A DNA stretch of 19,771 bases, taken from positions 1 to 19,771 of the forward strand of contig CAWDOY010000004.1 of assembly GCA_963803975.1 (NCBI GenBank). Reading direction: 5' to 3'. The translations under genes and the position numbers were made by a program. The number at the start of each line of letters is the position of its first letter. Position 1 is the stretch's first letter. Shown in pieces: positions 9,100 through 16,959 of the stretch. This DNA is from an uncultured delta proteobacterium (GTDB lineage Bacteria > Desulfobacterota > WTBG01 > CAIYCZ01). The notes below the pieces were generated by a model. It saw nothing but the letters and a program-made list of their open reading frames with translations, was not told the origin of the DNA and did not search any database.

Positions 9100-9804
9100 A
9101 TGGACGTTAAGTACCCGCTGCTCGATGCAGGCAGAAAGGCCCTGGAAAAATTGTCCCTGAAATCTGTTGCCATAGACCCGGCACTCAAGCATATCGAAGC
9201 CGAGGACGGCAGAGTGTATATAGACGTGTATCGCGGAGAAAAAATCTCCAAGGCTGTCTTCTCCGCCATTGAGATTCACTCCATGTCGGTTGCCGAGCAG
9301 TCGATAATTATCTGGCCTGAAGACCCCTATGATTTTCCGGTATTCTGGTGCAACCTCACGCAGATGCCGGGCATGAGCTTCTTTATTTTTGATTTCATGC
9401 CGGTCATGGACATTGTGGTGTGGCCTGAATACGGAGAAAAGTATTTGCTGGGTCTTCTCGAGATGAAGGCGAACGCGCTTGAAAAACTCGGTGACGGGGT
9501 CGCGGAAAAACATTTTGATCTCAGCTCCCTTGCCGGCTGGGCATTTTCTCCCTATCGCACGCTGTTCCGTCTGACCGAAGAAGGGGTGGCGCATATTGAC
9601 CCGGTTGTTCAGGAATATGGCCAGGCCTATGTAAAGCTGTGGCAGGAAGCAGCGCCGGTGCAGAAAGCTGAGGAAGCGGCATTCTGCAAGCGCAAAAAAG
9701 CAGCGGTACGAAAAATCATGTCTGAGAATGATCCCGGTCACCCCCTGATGCTCGGGGTGTTCGGTGAAGAAAAGACGGAAAAGGTCTTTGAGATTGTTTT
9801 TTAG
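9100..9804 (+). CDS. Ferredoxin-dependent bilin reductase-like protein (paralog 2)
   Basis: AAGGAGG SD places the start at ATG 9100 (234 aa). WPEDPYDFPVFWCN, IFDFMP, EYGEKY, AFSPY, EYGQAYVKLW and ENDPGHPLMLGVFGEEKTEKVFEIVF match the FDBR pattern and are colinear with paralog 1. Confidence 0.75.
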   Translation: MDVKYPLLDAGRKALEKLSLKSVAIDPALKHIEAEDGRVYIDVYRGEKISKAVFSAIEIHSMSVAEQSIIIWPEDPYDFPVFWCNLTQMPGMSFFIFDFMPVMDIVVWPEYGEKYLLGLLEMKANALEKLGDGVAEKHFDLSSLAGWAFSPYRTLFRLTEEGVAHIDPVVQEYGQAYVKLWQEAAPVQKAEEAAFCKRKKAAVRKIMSENDPGHPLMLGVFGEEKTEKVFEIVF

Positions 9805-9879
9805 GCAGCGTGGTATATGTGCGGAACCCCGCCAATTATGCGTGGTTCCCGGTATCTATGAATATCAAAGGGGAGCATC

Positions 9880-10686
9880 ATGGAAACAGGAGCGAGAAGG
9901 TTTATTGACCAGCATGTTATAGTAACCGGCGCCGCGACCGGCATCGGACGGGCCATTGCCCACCGTTTTGCCGCTGAAGGTGCAAAGGTGGTAATCGCCA
10001 ACCGCAACCGCGAGCGTGGCGAGAAGGTTGCGCAGGAGATCAGGGATAAGGGCTGGACAGCACAGTATATCAGGGTTGATGTAGCTGAGCCGGAATCAAT
10101 CAATGAGCTCATCAAAAAAGCAGTCAGTACCTTCGGGCCGGTTCACGTGGCAGTATCAAATGCCGCGGTGAGTGAGACCCAGTCATCGGCACTTGACCTA
10201 AGTGTTGAGGAATGGGACCGGATTTTTAATATCAACGCGCGGGGCTCATTTCTTTTCAGCCGCGCCTGCGCGCAGAACATGATTGACAACAATATTCCGG
10301 GCTCGATCGTCACGCTCTCATCAATTATGGCCCGCTCCGCAAAAAGCATGTCAGGAGCGTATCCTGCCTCAAAGGCAGCGGTCATCATGTTCACCAAGAA
10401 CCTTGCCAAGTTGCTTGGGCCCATGGGCATCAGGGTGAACTGCGTGACCCCCGGCGTGGTGGCGACTGAAATCTGGCATGAAGTGGAATCAGAGATGATG
10501 ATGGAGAAGGACACGTTTGCGGACTGGCTGATTGAGCAGTCAGTTGCCAGCGGGCAGCTGCTCATTCCGCGGATCGGTCAAGCGGAAGAAATCGCCTCGG
10601 CTGTTGCCTTCCTGGCATCAGGCGAGGCATCCTATATCACCGCCCAGGTGCTCTCGGTTGACGGCGGCATGGACTGGTGCTGGTAA
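9880..10686 (+). CDS. Short-chain dehydrogenase/reductase (classical SDR)
   Basis: TGAATGIG, SNAA, catalytic S...YPASK, RVNCVTPG and YITAQVLSVDGG motifs; intact 268 aa. Confidence 0.95.
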   Translation: METGARRFIDQHVIVTGAATGIGRAIAHRFAAEGAKVVIANRNRERGEKVAQEIRDKGWTAQYIRVDVAEPESINELIKKAVSTFGPVHVAVSNAAVSETQSSALDLSVEEWDRIFNINARGSFLFSRACAQNMIDNNIPGSIVTLSSIMARSAKSMSGAYPASKAAVIMFTKNLAKLLGPMGIRVNCVTPGVVATEIWHEVESEMMMEKDTFADWLIEQSVASGQLLIPRIGQAEEIASAVAFLASGEASYITAQVLSVDGGMDWCW

Positions 10687-10694
10687 ATAGCGTA

Positions 10695-10726
10695 AGAGCT
10701 GACAGCTGTCAGCGGTCAGCTTTCTT
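10695..10726 (+). terminator. Palindrome/hairpin after the SDR; possible terminator or short repeat
   Basis: Perfect 16-bp palindrome GCTGACAGCTGTCAGC (10698-10713). An alternative stem AGCTGAC/GTCAGCT (10697-10703/10715-10721) is followed by TTCTT. Confidence 0.4.
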
Positions 10727-10829
10727 CAATTATTTTATCTGTCGCACCTTGACAGTTCTATTCAGTGATGACTTGGTTCTGATGTGCTCTGTGGTTACGT
10801 TTTTCTGTTGCTGGTGATAAGGATTGCCT

Positions 10830-11204
10830 GTGGAACTGAATCAGATTCTGTATATCGTTGCCTACTGCACGTTCATGGCGGGCGCGGCAAAATCCTTCCG
10901 CGATAACGGCAGCACGCTTTCTGTCTGGATAATGTCCGGCGGTGTTATCCTTGATTTTCTCATGAGCATTCTGCCGGTGCTCGGGGTCAAGGCGCTGAGC
11001 TCAGACCTGAAGGGCACCAACGGCGTCATCATCTTTGCCATCGCGTTCGGCTTTGCGGTGTGGCTCACCTATGTTGCGGCGCTCATTGTGCGCAAAAAGG
11101 GCAATAAGCCGCTGTTTCATGTGCTCATCGCAGTGGTCGAGATTTCCTGGTTCATAGATTTCATTTCATTCCTCTACGGGATGTACAAGTTCCCGCTTCA
11201 TTAA
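10830..11204 (+). CDS. Small membrane protein of unknown function (about 4 TM helices)
   Basis: Four hydrophobic segments. AAGGA SD at 10819-10823 favours GTG 10830 over TTG 10824. Confidence 0.7.
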   Translation: MELNQILYIVAYCTFMAGAAKSFRDNGSTLSVWIMSGGVILDFLMSILPVLGVKALSSDLKGTNGVIIFAIAFGFAVWLTYVAALIVRKKGNKPLFHVLIAVVEISWFIDFISFLYGMYKFPLH

Positions 11205-11228
11205 TTTCCAAGAACTGGATGTAACATC

Positions 11229-12694
11229 ATGACACAAAACCACTCTAAAGATCTGTTGAAGGCGCTTTGTGACATTGTCGGAGCCTCCTATGTTACCGAT
11301 GACCCGGTGACGAGGTTTACCTACACGCAGGACGCAAGCCTGTTTGGCGGCACGCAGTCAGCGCTTGTCGTGCGGCCGGGTTCAACGGAAGAGGTTTCGC
11401 GCATTGCGGCCCTTGCCAACCGGCATCGCGTGCCTCTTGTCACGCGCGGCGGCGGCGCCACCATTTACGGCTCGCCCAGGGGTGACGCGGAGCGCACCGT
11501 GCTCCTGGACATGACGCGCATGGACCGGGTGATTGAGGTGAACACCGCAGGCATGACCGTCACGGCACAGGCAGGCATTATCATAAATAAGCTCGTGCTT
11601 GCCTGCAGAGAGAAAGGCGTGTACATGTGGGCGCCGTTTGCCCCGCTGCACATGGTGTCTCTTGGCGGCTGGATATCAGGCGCGGCCGGTGCAGCCGGTC
11701 TCTGGGGCGATATCGTGAGCATCACCGTGGTGCTTGCTGACGGCACCATCGTGCAGACCGGCGGCGGGCCCGGAACGAATATCCACCAGCCGGTCTTTTT
11801 CAACCGCAACCTGGGCGGCCCTGATTTTGCCGGCATATTTATCGGCGACGGCGGCTCCTTCGGCATTAAAACCCAGGCGACGATCCGCACCACGAGACAG
11901 CCTTCTCTGGTGCGGGCCGGCATCTTCGCCTTTGACGAGCTTGAGCCCGCGATGGAGATGGTGCGCCTGCATGTGGAGCGGCGCACGGTGCAGCGTTACG
12001 ATCCGGTGCTGGTTTTCGGCGCCGGGGCCATGAAAAATTTTGTGGGGGATACCGATGCGGTGGCGCCCTTTACCGTGCAGGCAATGATGCAGGGCCATGA
12101 CGCGGCAGAGCTTGACGCCAAGCTCGCCATCATACACAGCATTGCCGAGCAGTGCGGAGCGCGGCGCGACCCCATGCTCGACGCCATGGCAGAGGCCATG
12201 GGAACGCCGACGGGTGAAGACAGCGAAATGGACTGGATGGCCATTTTCAACAGCTTCGGCATTGCGGCATGGCTGCCCTTCACGCTGCCCCGGCAGAGTT
12301 TTCCCGCAGTGTATAAAAAGCTGATCACCTGGCGGAACGAGCGGCTTAAAGAGGCTGAAAAACTCGGTCTCGCGGCTGCGCACGACCTGGGAGTTCTTCA
12401 CCTCAAGTGACCCGAGCACCATAACCGGGGAGATCGATGCGTTTCTTTGCCGATGTCGAAAACCCGCAGACAACAGCATTTGCCCGCACCCTCATGGCGG
12501 ACTTTCAGAAATACGCCCACAGCCTTGGCTCAATTGATGTCTACAACCAGGGATTCATGGCCGACCTGAACGCCTCATGCTGGTCGCCGGGCTTCAAGCG
12601 CCTGTTTGATGCGGTCAAGACAATACTTGATCCGAACGGCATTATCAATCCGGGGCAGTGGGCGGGAAGCTATCTGCGCGAGGGAGGAGAATGA
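11229..12694 (+). CDS. FAD-binding oxidoreductase, GlcD/VAO-PCMH family; two +1 shifts near 12375 and 12442
   Basis: VVRPGSTEEV, TRGGG, LLDMTRMDRVIEVN, VVLADGTIV and FIGDGGSFGI in ORF 11229..12410. A bridging frame TTWEFFTSSDPSTITGEIDA leads into 12437..12694, ending VKTILDPNGIINPG. Confidence 0.88.
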
Positions 12695-13925
12695 CTATGG
12701 CAAAATCGACCATGAAAGAGCTTGAAAAGGTCAAACACTTTATCTACAGCTGCCGCAAGTGCGGTGTGTGCCGCTACAAGATGACCGGCAAAATGCCCTA
12801 TGTCTGCCCGGTGAAACAGGCCAGCCCGGGGTTTGAAACATTTTCCTCCCGCGGAAAAATAATACTGGCGCAGGCCCTGCTGGAAGGGCAGCATCGAGCC
12901 ATCCGCCGGACTGGCAAGCGCTGCCTACAGCTGCACCATGTGCGGCAACTGCATGACCCAGTGCGGCGCCACCGACCCGGACACGAACAGCCCTCTCGTT
13001 GATAATCCCGCGATAGTCGAGGCGCTGCGGGCTGATTTATTGCGGGAGCATCCCGAATATGTACCTGAAGCGTATCACCACGCGCTGGCCGTGACGCGCC
13101 AGTACGGCAATCCCTGGGGCATGCCGCGCTCAGCCCGGGGGAAATGGGCAAAGGGGCTCAAGATAAAGGATGCGCAGAAAGAAAAGTGTGAGGTGCTGCT
13201 GTTTGCCGGCTGCACCATGAGTCTGAACCCTGAGCTGACCCCGCGCATTAAAAAAGCTGTATCCGTGCTCAAGGCTGCAGGAGTTGACCTGGGAACGCTC
13301 GGCGCGGCAGAGCCCTGCTGCGGCAGCGTACAGCAGCGCATCGGCGCGCGGGAGCTTGCCGCGGAGATGATCGCAGGCAACATTAAGCAGCTGAACAGCC
13401 TTGGCTGCACAACAATTGTGACGCTCTGCGCCGGCTGCTGCAATATGCTGAGAAAAGAATATGCTACATGCAGAGGAAAAGCTTGCGCCGAAGGTATATC
13501 ATCTCGTTGAATATCTGGCTCGGCTTATAAAGGAAAACAAACTTACCTTTACAAGAGAGCAGAATATAACCCTGGCCTATCATGACCCCTGCCATCTGGG
13601 ACGACATCTCGAGGTATTTGATCCGCCCCGCGCTATACTCAAAGCACTGCCGGGCATAACACTTGTGGAGCGGACAGCCACACGGGAGAACACCATTTGC
13701 TGCGGAGCGGGTGGTGGTATGCGCCTTTTTGACGGAGGCATCTTCGCGCAGGACATGGGCCTTGAAGCGGTGAAGGCCGCGCGCGATGCCGGCGCCCAGG
13801 CGCTTGTTTCTGCATGTCCGTTTTGCGAAACAAATCTTTCCGCAGCCTCGCAGATTGGAAATAGTCCGGTGCCGGTATACGATATTATTGATCTGGTGAG
13901 CGACGCTCTGGAAGTAAAGAGTTGA
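12691..13925 (+). CDS. (Fe-S)-binding CCG-domain protein, GlcF/HdrD-like partner of the FAD oxidoreductase; +1 shifts near 12890 and 13468
   Basis: ATGA overlap with the upstream stop (alternative start 12697). CRKCGVC...CP, CTMCGNCMTQC, LLFAGCT, EPCCG, TLCAGC, YHDPCHLGR, CCGAGGG and SACPFC motifs. Confidence 0.88.
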
Positions 13926-13974
13926 AAATAATCTCTGTGCCTCTGTGGTTAATTTTTAAAAAAGGAGAACAGCC

Positions 13975-14557
13975 ATGCCCGCATCTGCAAAAAAAGACCA
14001 AGGCCCAGATAAAAAAAGACATCATCAGTTTCCTCGATAAAACCTCAGGCGGCGTTGACCCGAAACCGGGGAAGTACGGCTGCGGCATGCTGCATCACAA
14101 TGCCCTGGTGCTGGCAACATCGTATAATGACACGCCGCGCGCCACGGTGCTTGAATTTTTCAACGAAGGCCTTACCATCTATATCTTCGGCGAGCCGGGC
14201 GGAAAGATCGCAAACCTGAAAAGAAACCCGAAGGCTTCTGCCGTGGTGTACGAGCAGCCCCTGGACCACGGAAAATTTCAGCGCAGCCTGCAGATCTTCG
14301 GCACCACCGAGCTTATCAACGTGCGGAATAACGCAAAGCTCTTTAACGCCAAGATGAAAAAATGGAACCTGCTTTCAGTGGGGAAAAAGCTCCTGAGCCC
14401 GATGCTGAAAGCACAGAATCTCTCCGGCAAAGCAGCAGACGAGACCGTAATAAAATTCCTCTCCGCGCTCAACATCATAAAAATTATTCCGCAGCACATC
14501 ATCCTGAAAGAGTACCATCCGGACTTCTCGATGCACAAGTACGAGTGGAAGAAGTAG
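13975..14557 (+). CDS. Pyridoxamine-5'-phosphate-oxidase-like (split-barrel flavin/heme-binding) protein; +1 shift in the A7 run 13989-13995
   Basis: AAGGAG SD then ATG 13975. LVLATSYNDTPRATVLEF, IYIFGEPGGKIANLKRNPKAS and SLQIFG are split-barrel motifs. Confidence 0.8.
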
Positions 14558-14676
14558 ATCACCCCCTCACCCCATCCCTCTCCCGCCGGGGTGAGAGGGA
14601 GAGCTGTTCTAAATGTTCCGGATAAGCTGGTTAAATCTCCCCTCCCTTGATGGGAGGGGATTAAGGGGAGGGTGAT
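14558..14676. repeat. Inverted pair of C-rich/G-rich palindromic intergenic repeats (BoxC/REP-like)
   Basis: CCCCTCACCCCA-TCCCTCTC...GAGAGGGA (14562-14600) and TCCCCTCCC-TTGAT-GGGAGGGGA-TTAAGGGGAGGGTGA (14638-14675), bounded by ATCACCC/GGGTGAT. Confidence 0.75.
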
Positions 14677-14678
14677 TC

Positions 14679-15758
14679 ATGCAGTACCGAAGACTCGGAA
14701 GGACCAACCTCAATGTGTCAGCCATTGCCTACGGCGGGCTGCCGACCGTGTTCCAGCCCCCTGATGTGGTAATCGAGGCGATCAACTATGCCCTTGACCA
14801 GGGGGTGAACTATTTTGACCTTGACGAGGGCGGCAACCAGTTTGCTTCGGAGAAAGTCTATCTTGATGGCGCCTCCAAGATCGGCCAGGTGCTGAAGGCG
14901 CGGCGCGGCGACTGCTATCTCGGCGTGAAGAGCATGCGCCAGACCTATGAGGAGCTCAAGTATGATGTTGACCTTGCGCTGGAGCGACTGGTGAAGGGCA
15001 CCTCGCGTGAAGTGATAGATATTTTCCAGCTTGCTTTTCTTGACAGCCCGGAAAAGGTTAAACTGGTTCTTTCCAGGCAGGGCGGCTTGAGGGCGCTTGA
15101 AGAGGCGCGCGAAGAAGGAAAGATCGATTTTATCCTGGCCACTGCCCACAACCCGAAGACCCTTCTGCAGGCCATGGAGACCGGCCGCTTTGACGTCATC
15201 GAATTTCCCTTTAACATCATTGAGAATGAATATTTAAATAAGGTGATGCCCCTCGCGGAGAAGATGGACCTGGGAACGGTCGTGATGAAGCCGGTTGGCG
15301 GCGGCCAGCTGGCAAGCCTCTATGACCTGTCGCTGCGCTGGATTCTGCAGCACGAGGTTGACTGCGTGATTCCCGGCATGAAAAACATCGAGGAAGTTAA
15401 AAAGAACGTGGTGTTCGGCAGCCGAGCGGAGCCGCTGACAGAAGAGGAACTTGCAAAACTTGAGAAGCTGGGAAAAGAAGTTGGCGCGGAATACTGCCAC
15501 CGCTGCGGCTACTGCATGCCCTGCCCGCAGGGCATCATCATCGTCGGGGTGATGGACCTGATGCGCGGGCAGATGCTCTCTCCGGACATGAAAAAGCGCT
15601 CCTACAACGAGGTGCTGAAGAAGCGCCTGAAGAGCGACCCGGCAAACTGCGAGCAGTGCGGCCAGTGCGTGGAGAAGTGCCCGTTCAAGCTGCCCATACC
15701 AAGCCTTATGCAGCGGGCGGTGGAACTGTTCGGGGAAGGCGGCTGTGAGGCGTACTAA
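14679..15758 (+). CDS. Aldo/keto reductase with C-terminal 4Fe-4S dicluster domain
   Basis: MQYRRLGRTNLNVSAIAYG, GVNYFD and VVMKPVGGG, plus C-terminal CHRCGYCMPCP and CEQCGQCVEKCP; intact 359 aa. Confidence 0.92.
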   Translation: MQYRRLGRTNLNVSAIAYGGLPTVFQPPDVVIEAINYALDQGVNYFDLDEGGNQFASEKVYLDGASKIGQVLKARRGDCYLGVKSMRQTYEELKYDVDLALERLVKGTSREVIDIFQLAFLDSPEKVKLVLSRQGGLRALEEAREEGKIDFILATAHNPKTLLQAMETGRFDVIEFPFNIIENEYLNKVMPLAEKMDLGTVVMKPVGGGQLASLYDLSLRWILQHEVDCVIPGMKNIEEVKKNVVFGSRAEPLTEEELAKLEKLGKEVGAEYCHRCGYCMPCPQGIIIVGVMDLMRGQMLSPDMKKRSYNEVLKKRLKSDPANCEQCGQCVEKCPFKLPIPSLMQRAVELFGEGGCEAY

Positions 15759-15821
15759 TAAGGTACGCTGCAATGACGAAGGATGAGGAAACGCAGCGGA
15801 CGGGTATTTTTCAACAGCCTG
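15745..15821. repeat. Partial MITE-like multicopy element ending in TTTTTCAACAGCCTG
   Basis: GCGTAC-TAATAAG-GTACGC hairpin, then GACGAAGGATGAGG and terminal TTTTTCAACAGCCTG (CAGGCTGTTGAAAAA on the - strand) next to TTAG. It resembles, from memory, a dispersed repeat of deltaproteobacterial genomes; only one end is present. Confidence 0.5.
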
Positions 15822-16811
15822 TTAGCGGGGTTTCCGTCCTTCCACCAGACAGTCCATCCGCTCACCGCTGCGCGCAAGCTTCACATCCTGAAAGCCAGCC
15901 TGCTCAAGCGTTTCTTTTATTTCCCTGAAGGTGTAGGTATCGCCGCCGGTGGTGTGCACGAGCATGTTTATGGCAAAGAGCGCGCCTGCAGGCGGCCGGG
16001 TGCGGGATTCATCCATGACGTGGTCGCGGATGAGCACCGCTCCGCCCGGCTCAAGGGCCTGGTAGATTTTCCGGTAAAGAGAAAGGTTCTCCTGCGGGCT
16101 GTTCTGATGAATGATTGCTGAAAGAAGCGCCAGGTCGCACCCCTTCGGCAGTTCATCCTTATAAAAATCCCCTGCCGCAAGCTTCACCCGCTCAAGATAT
16201 CCTTCAGCCTTCAAGCGCTCTGCAGCAAGCGCGATGACATCCGGCAGGTCAAAGATAACGGCGGTCATGTTCTTATTCTTTTCAAGAAATGCGATAGTGT
16301 AGGTGCCGGACCCTCCGCCGATGTCAAGCAGCCGTTTAAAGCGGCCTGCATCATATGACGCGGCAATGTCCTGCGACATGCTTTTGCCGATAACGTGCAT
16401 GGCGCCGATGAAGGCTTTGGTCACCGCCTCGTCCTTTGCGTCAATGACTGACTTCAGGCCGGGATTTTTCCCCTCCTGCACTGTTTCCGTGAGCAGTGAC
16501 CAGTTGTCCCACATGTTGTTCATGTGCAGGAGCATGGGAAGGACTGATTCAGGGTGACGCGAGGAAAAGAAAGCGCCGTTTCCGGTCAGTGCGTAGCGCC
16601 CGCTCGATTTCTCCAGCAGCTCAAAGACAACCAGGCAGTCAAGTATCCTCTCGGCAGCCCGCGCATCAGCCTTCAGGTGGCGCGCAAGCTCCTCCGCGGT
16701 AAGCGGCTTTCCATCGAGCATGGTGAACATATCAAGCTCGGCGGCGGTGAGAATAATACGTGCCTTCATCCATCCCGCGTATTCAGCGAAAATATCCGGT
16801 GCCTGGGACAT
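15822..16811 (-). CDS. SAM-dependent O-methyltransferase (dimerisation + Methyltransf_2 type)
   Basis: N-terminal wHTH-like TAAELDMFTML..LTAEELA, LLDIGGGSG SAM motif, FDLP, AGDFY and ALEPGGAVLIRD; AAGGAG SD on the - strand; intact 329 aa. Confidence 0.92.
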   Translation of the reverse strand: MSQAPDIFAEYAGWMKARIILTAAELDMFTMLDGKPLTAEELARHLKADARAAERILDCLVVFELLEKSSGRYALTGNGAFFSSRHPESVLPMLLHMNNMWDNWSLLTETVQEGKNPGLKSVIDAKDEAVTKAFIGAMHVIGKSMSQDIAASYDAGRFKRLLDIGGGSGTYTIAFLEKNKNMTAVIFDLPDVIALAAERLKAEGYLERVKLAAGDFYKDELPKGCDLALLSAIIHQNSPQENLSLYRKIYQALEPGGAVLIRDHVMDESRTRPPAGALFAINMLVHTTGGDTYTFREIKETLEQAGFQDVKLARSGERMDCLVEGRKPR

Positions 16812-16853
16812 GGTGTCTCCTTTTCTATGCTGAAAAAACAGTTAAACAATTTT

Positions 16854-16892
16854 TCCCCTCCCTCGCATGGGAGGGGATTGAAGGGGAGGGTG
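16854..16892. repeat. Third copy of the C-rich/G-rich palindromic repeat
   Basis: TCCCCTCCC-TCGCAT-GGGAGGGGA-TTGAAGGGGAGGGTG, near-identical to 14638-14674. Confidence 0.75.
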
Positions 16893-16959
16893 TTATGCTA
16901 AAAACAGATTTTCTTTATTAATAGTATTTCAAATTATATCTTCTGGCCACAAAATATTT

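Noticed and set aside
7878..9741. Long minus-strand ORFs 7878..8672 and 9067..9741, and similar shadow ORFs such as 11676..12479 and 18898..19590
   Set aside because: They are antisense to well-supported genes and carry no recognisable motifs.
8217..9804. Assigning pebA/pebB, pcyA or RCCR gene symbols
   Set aside because: Similarity is at fold and motif level only. The PcyA His appears absent and there is no heme oxygenase nearby, so orthology needs a phylogeny.
13989..13995. Programmed frameshift or phase variation at the A7 run
   Set aside because: It fits the same +1 error pattern as nearby non-homopolymer indels, so a homopolymer miscall is simpler.
14558..14676. CRISPR array or ncRNA gene
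   Set aside because: There are only two units, in inverted orientation, with no regular repeat-spacer period and no cas genes.
15822..16811. BchU/CrtF-like pigment methyltransferase as part of the tetrapyrrole cluster
   Set aside because: It is on the opposite strand, separated by repeats, and belongs to a broad family; nothing visible indicates the substrate.
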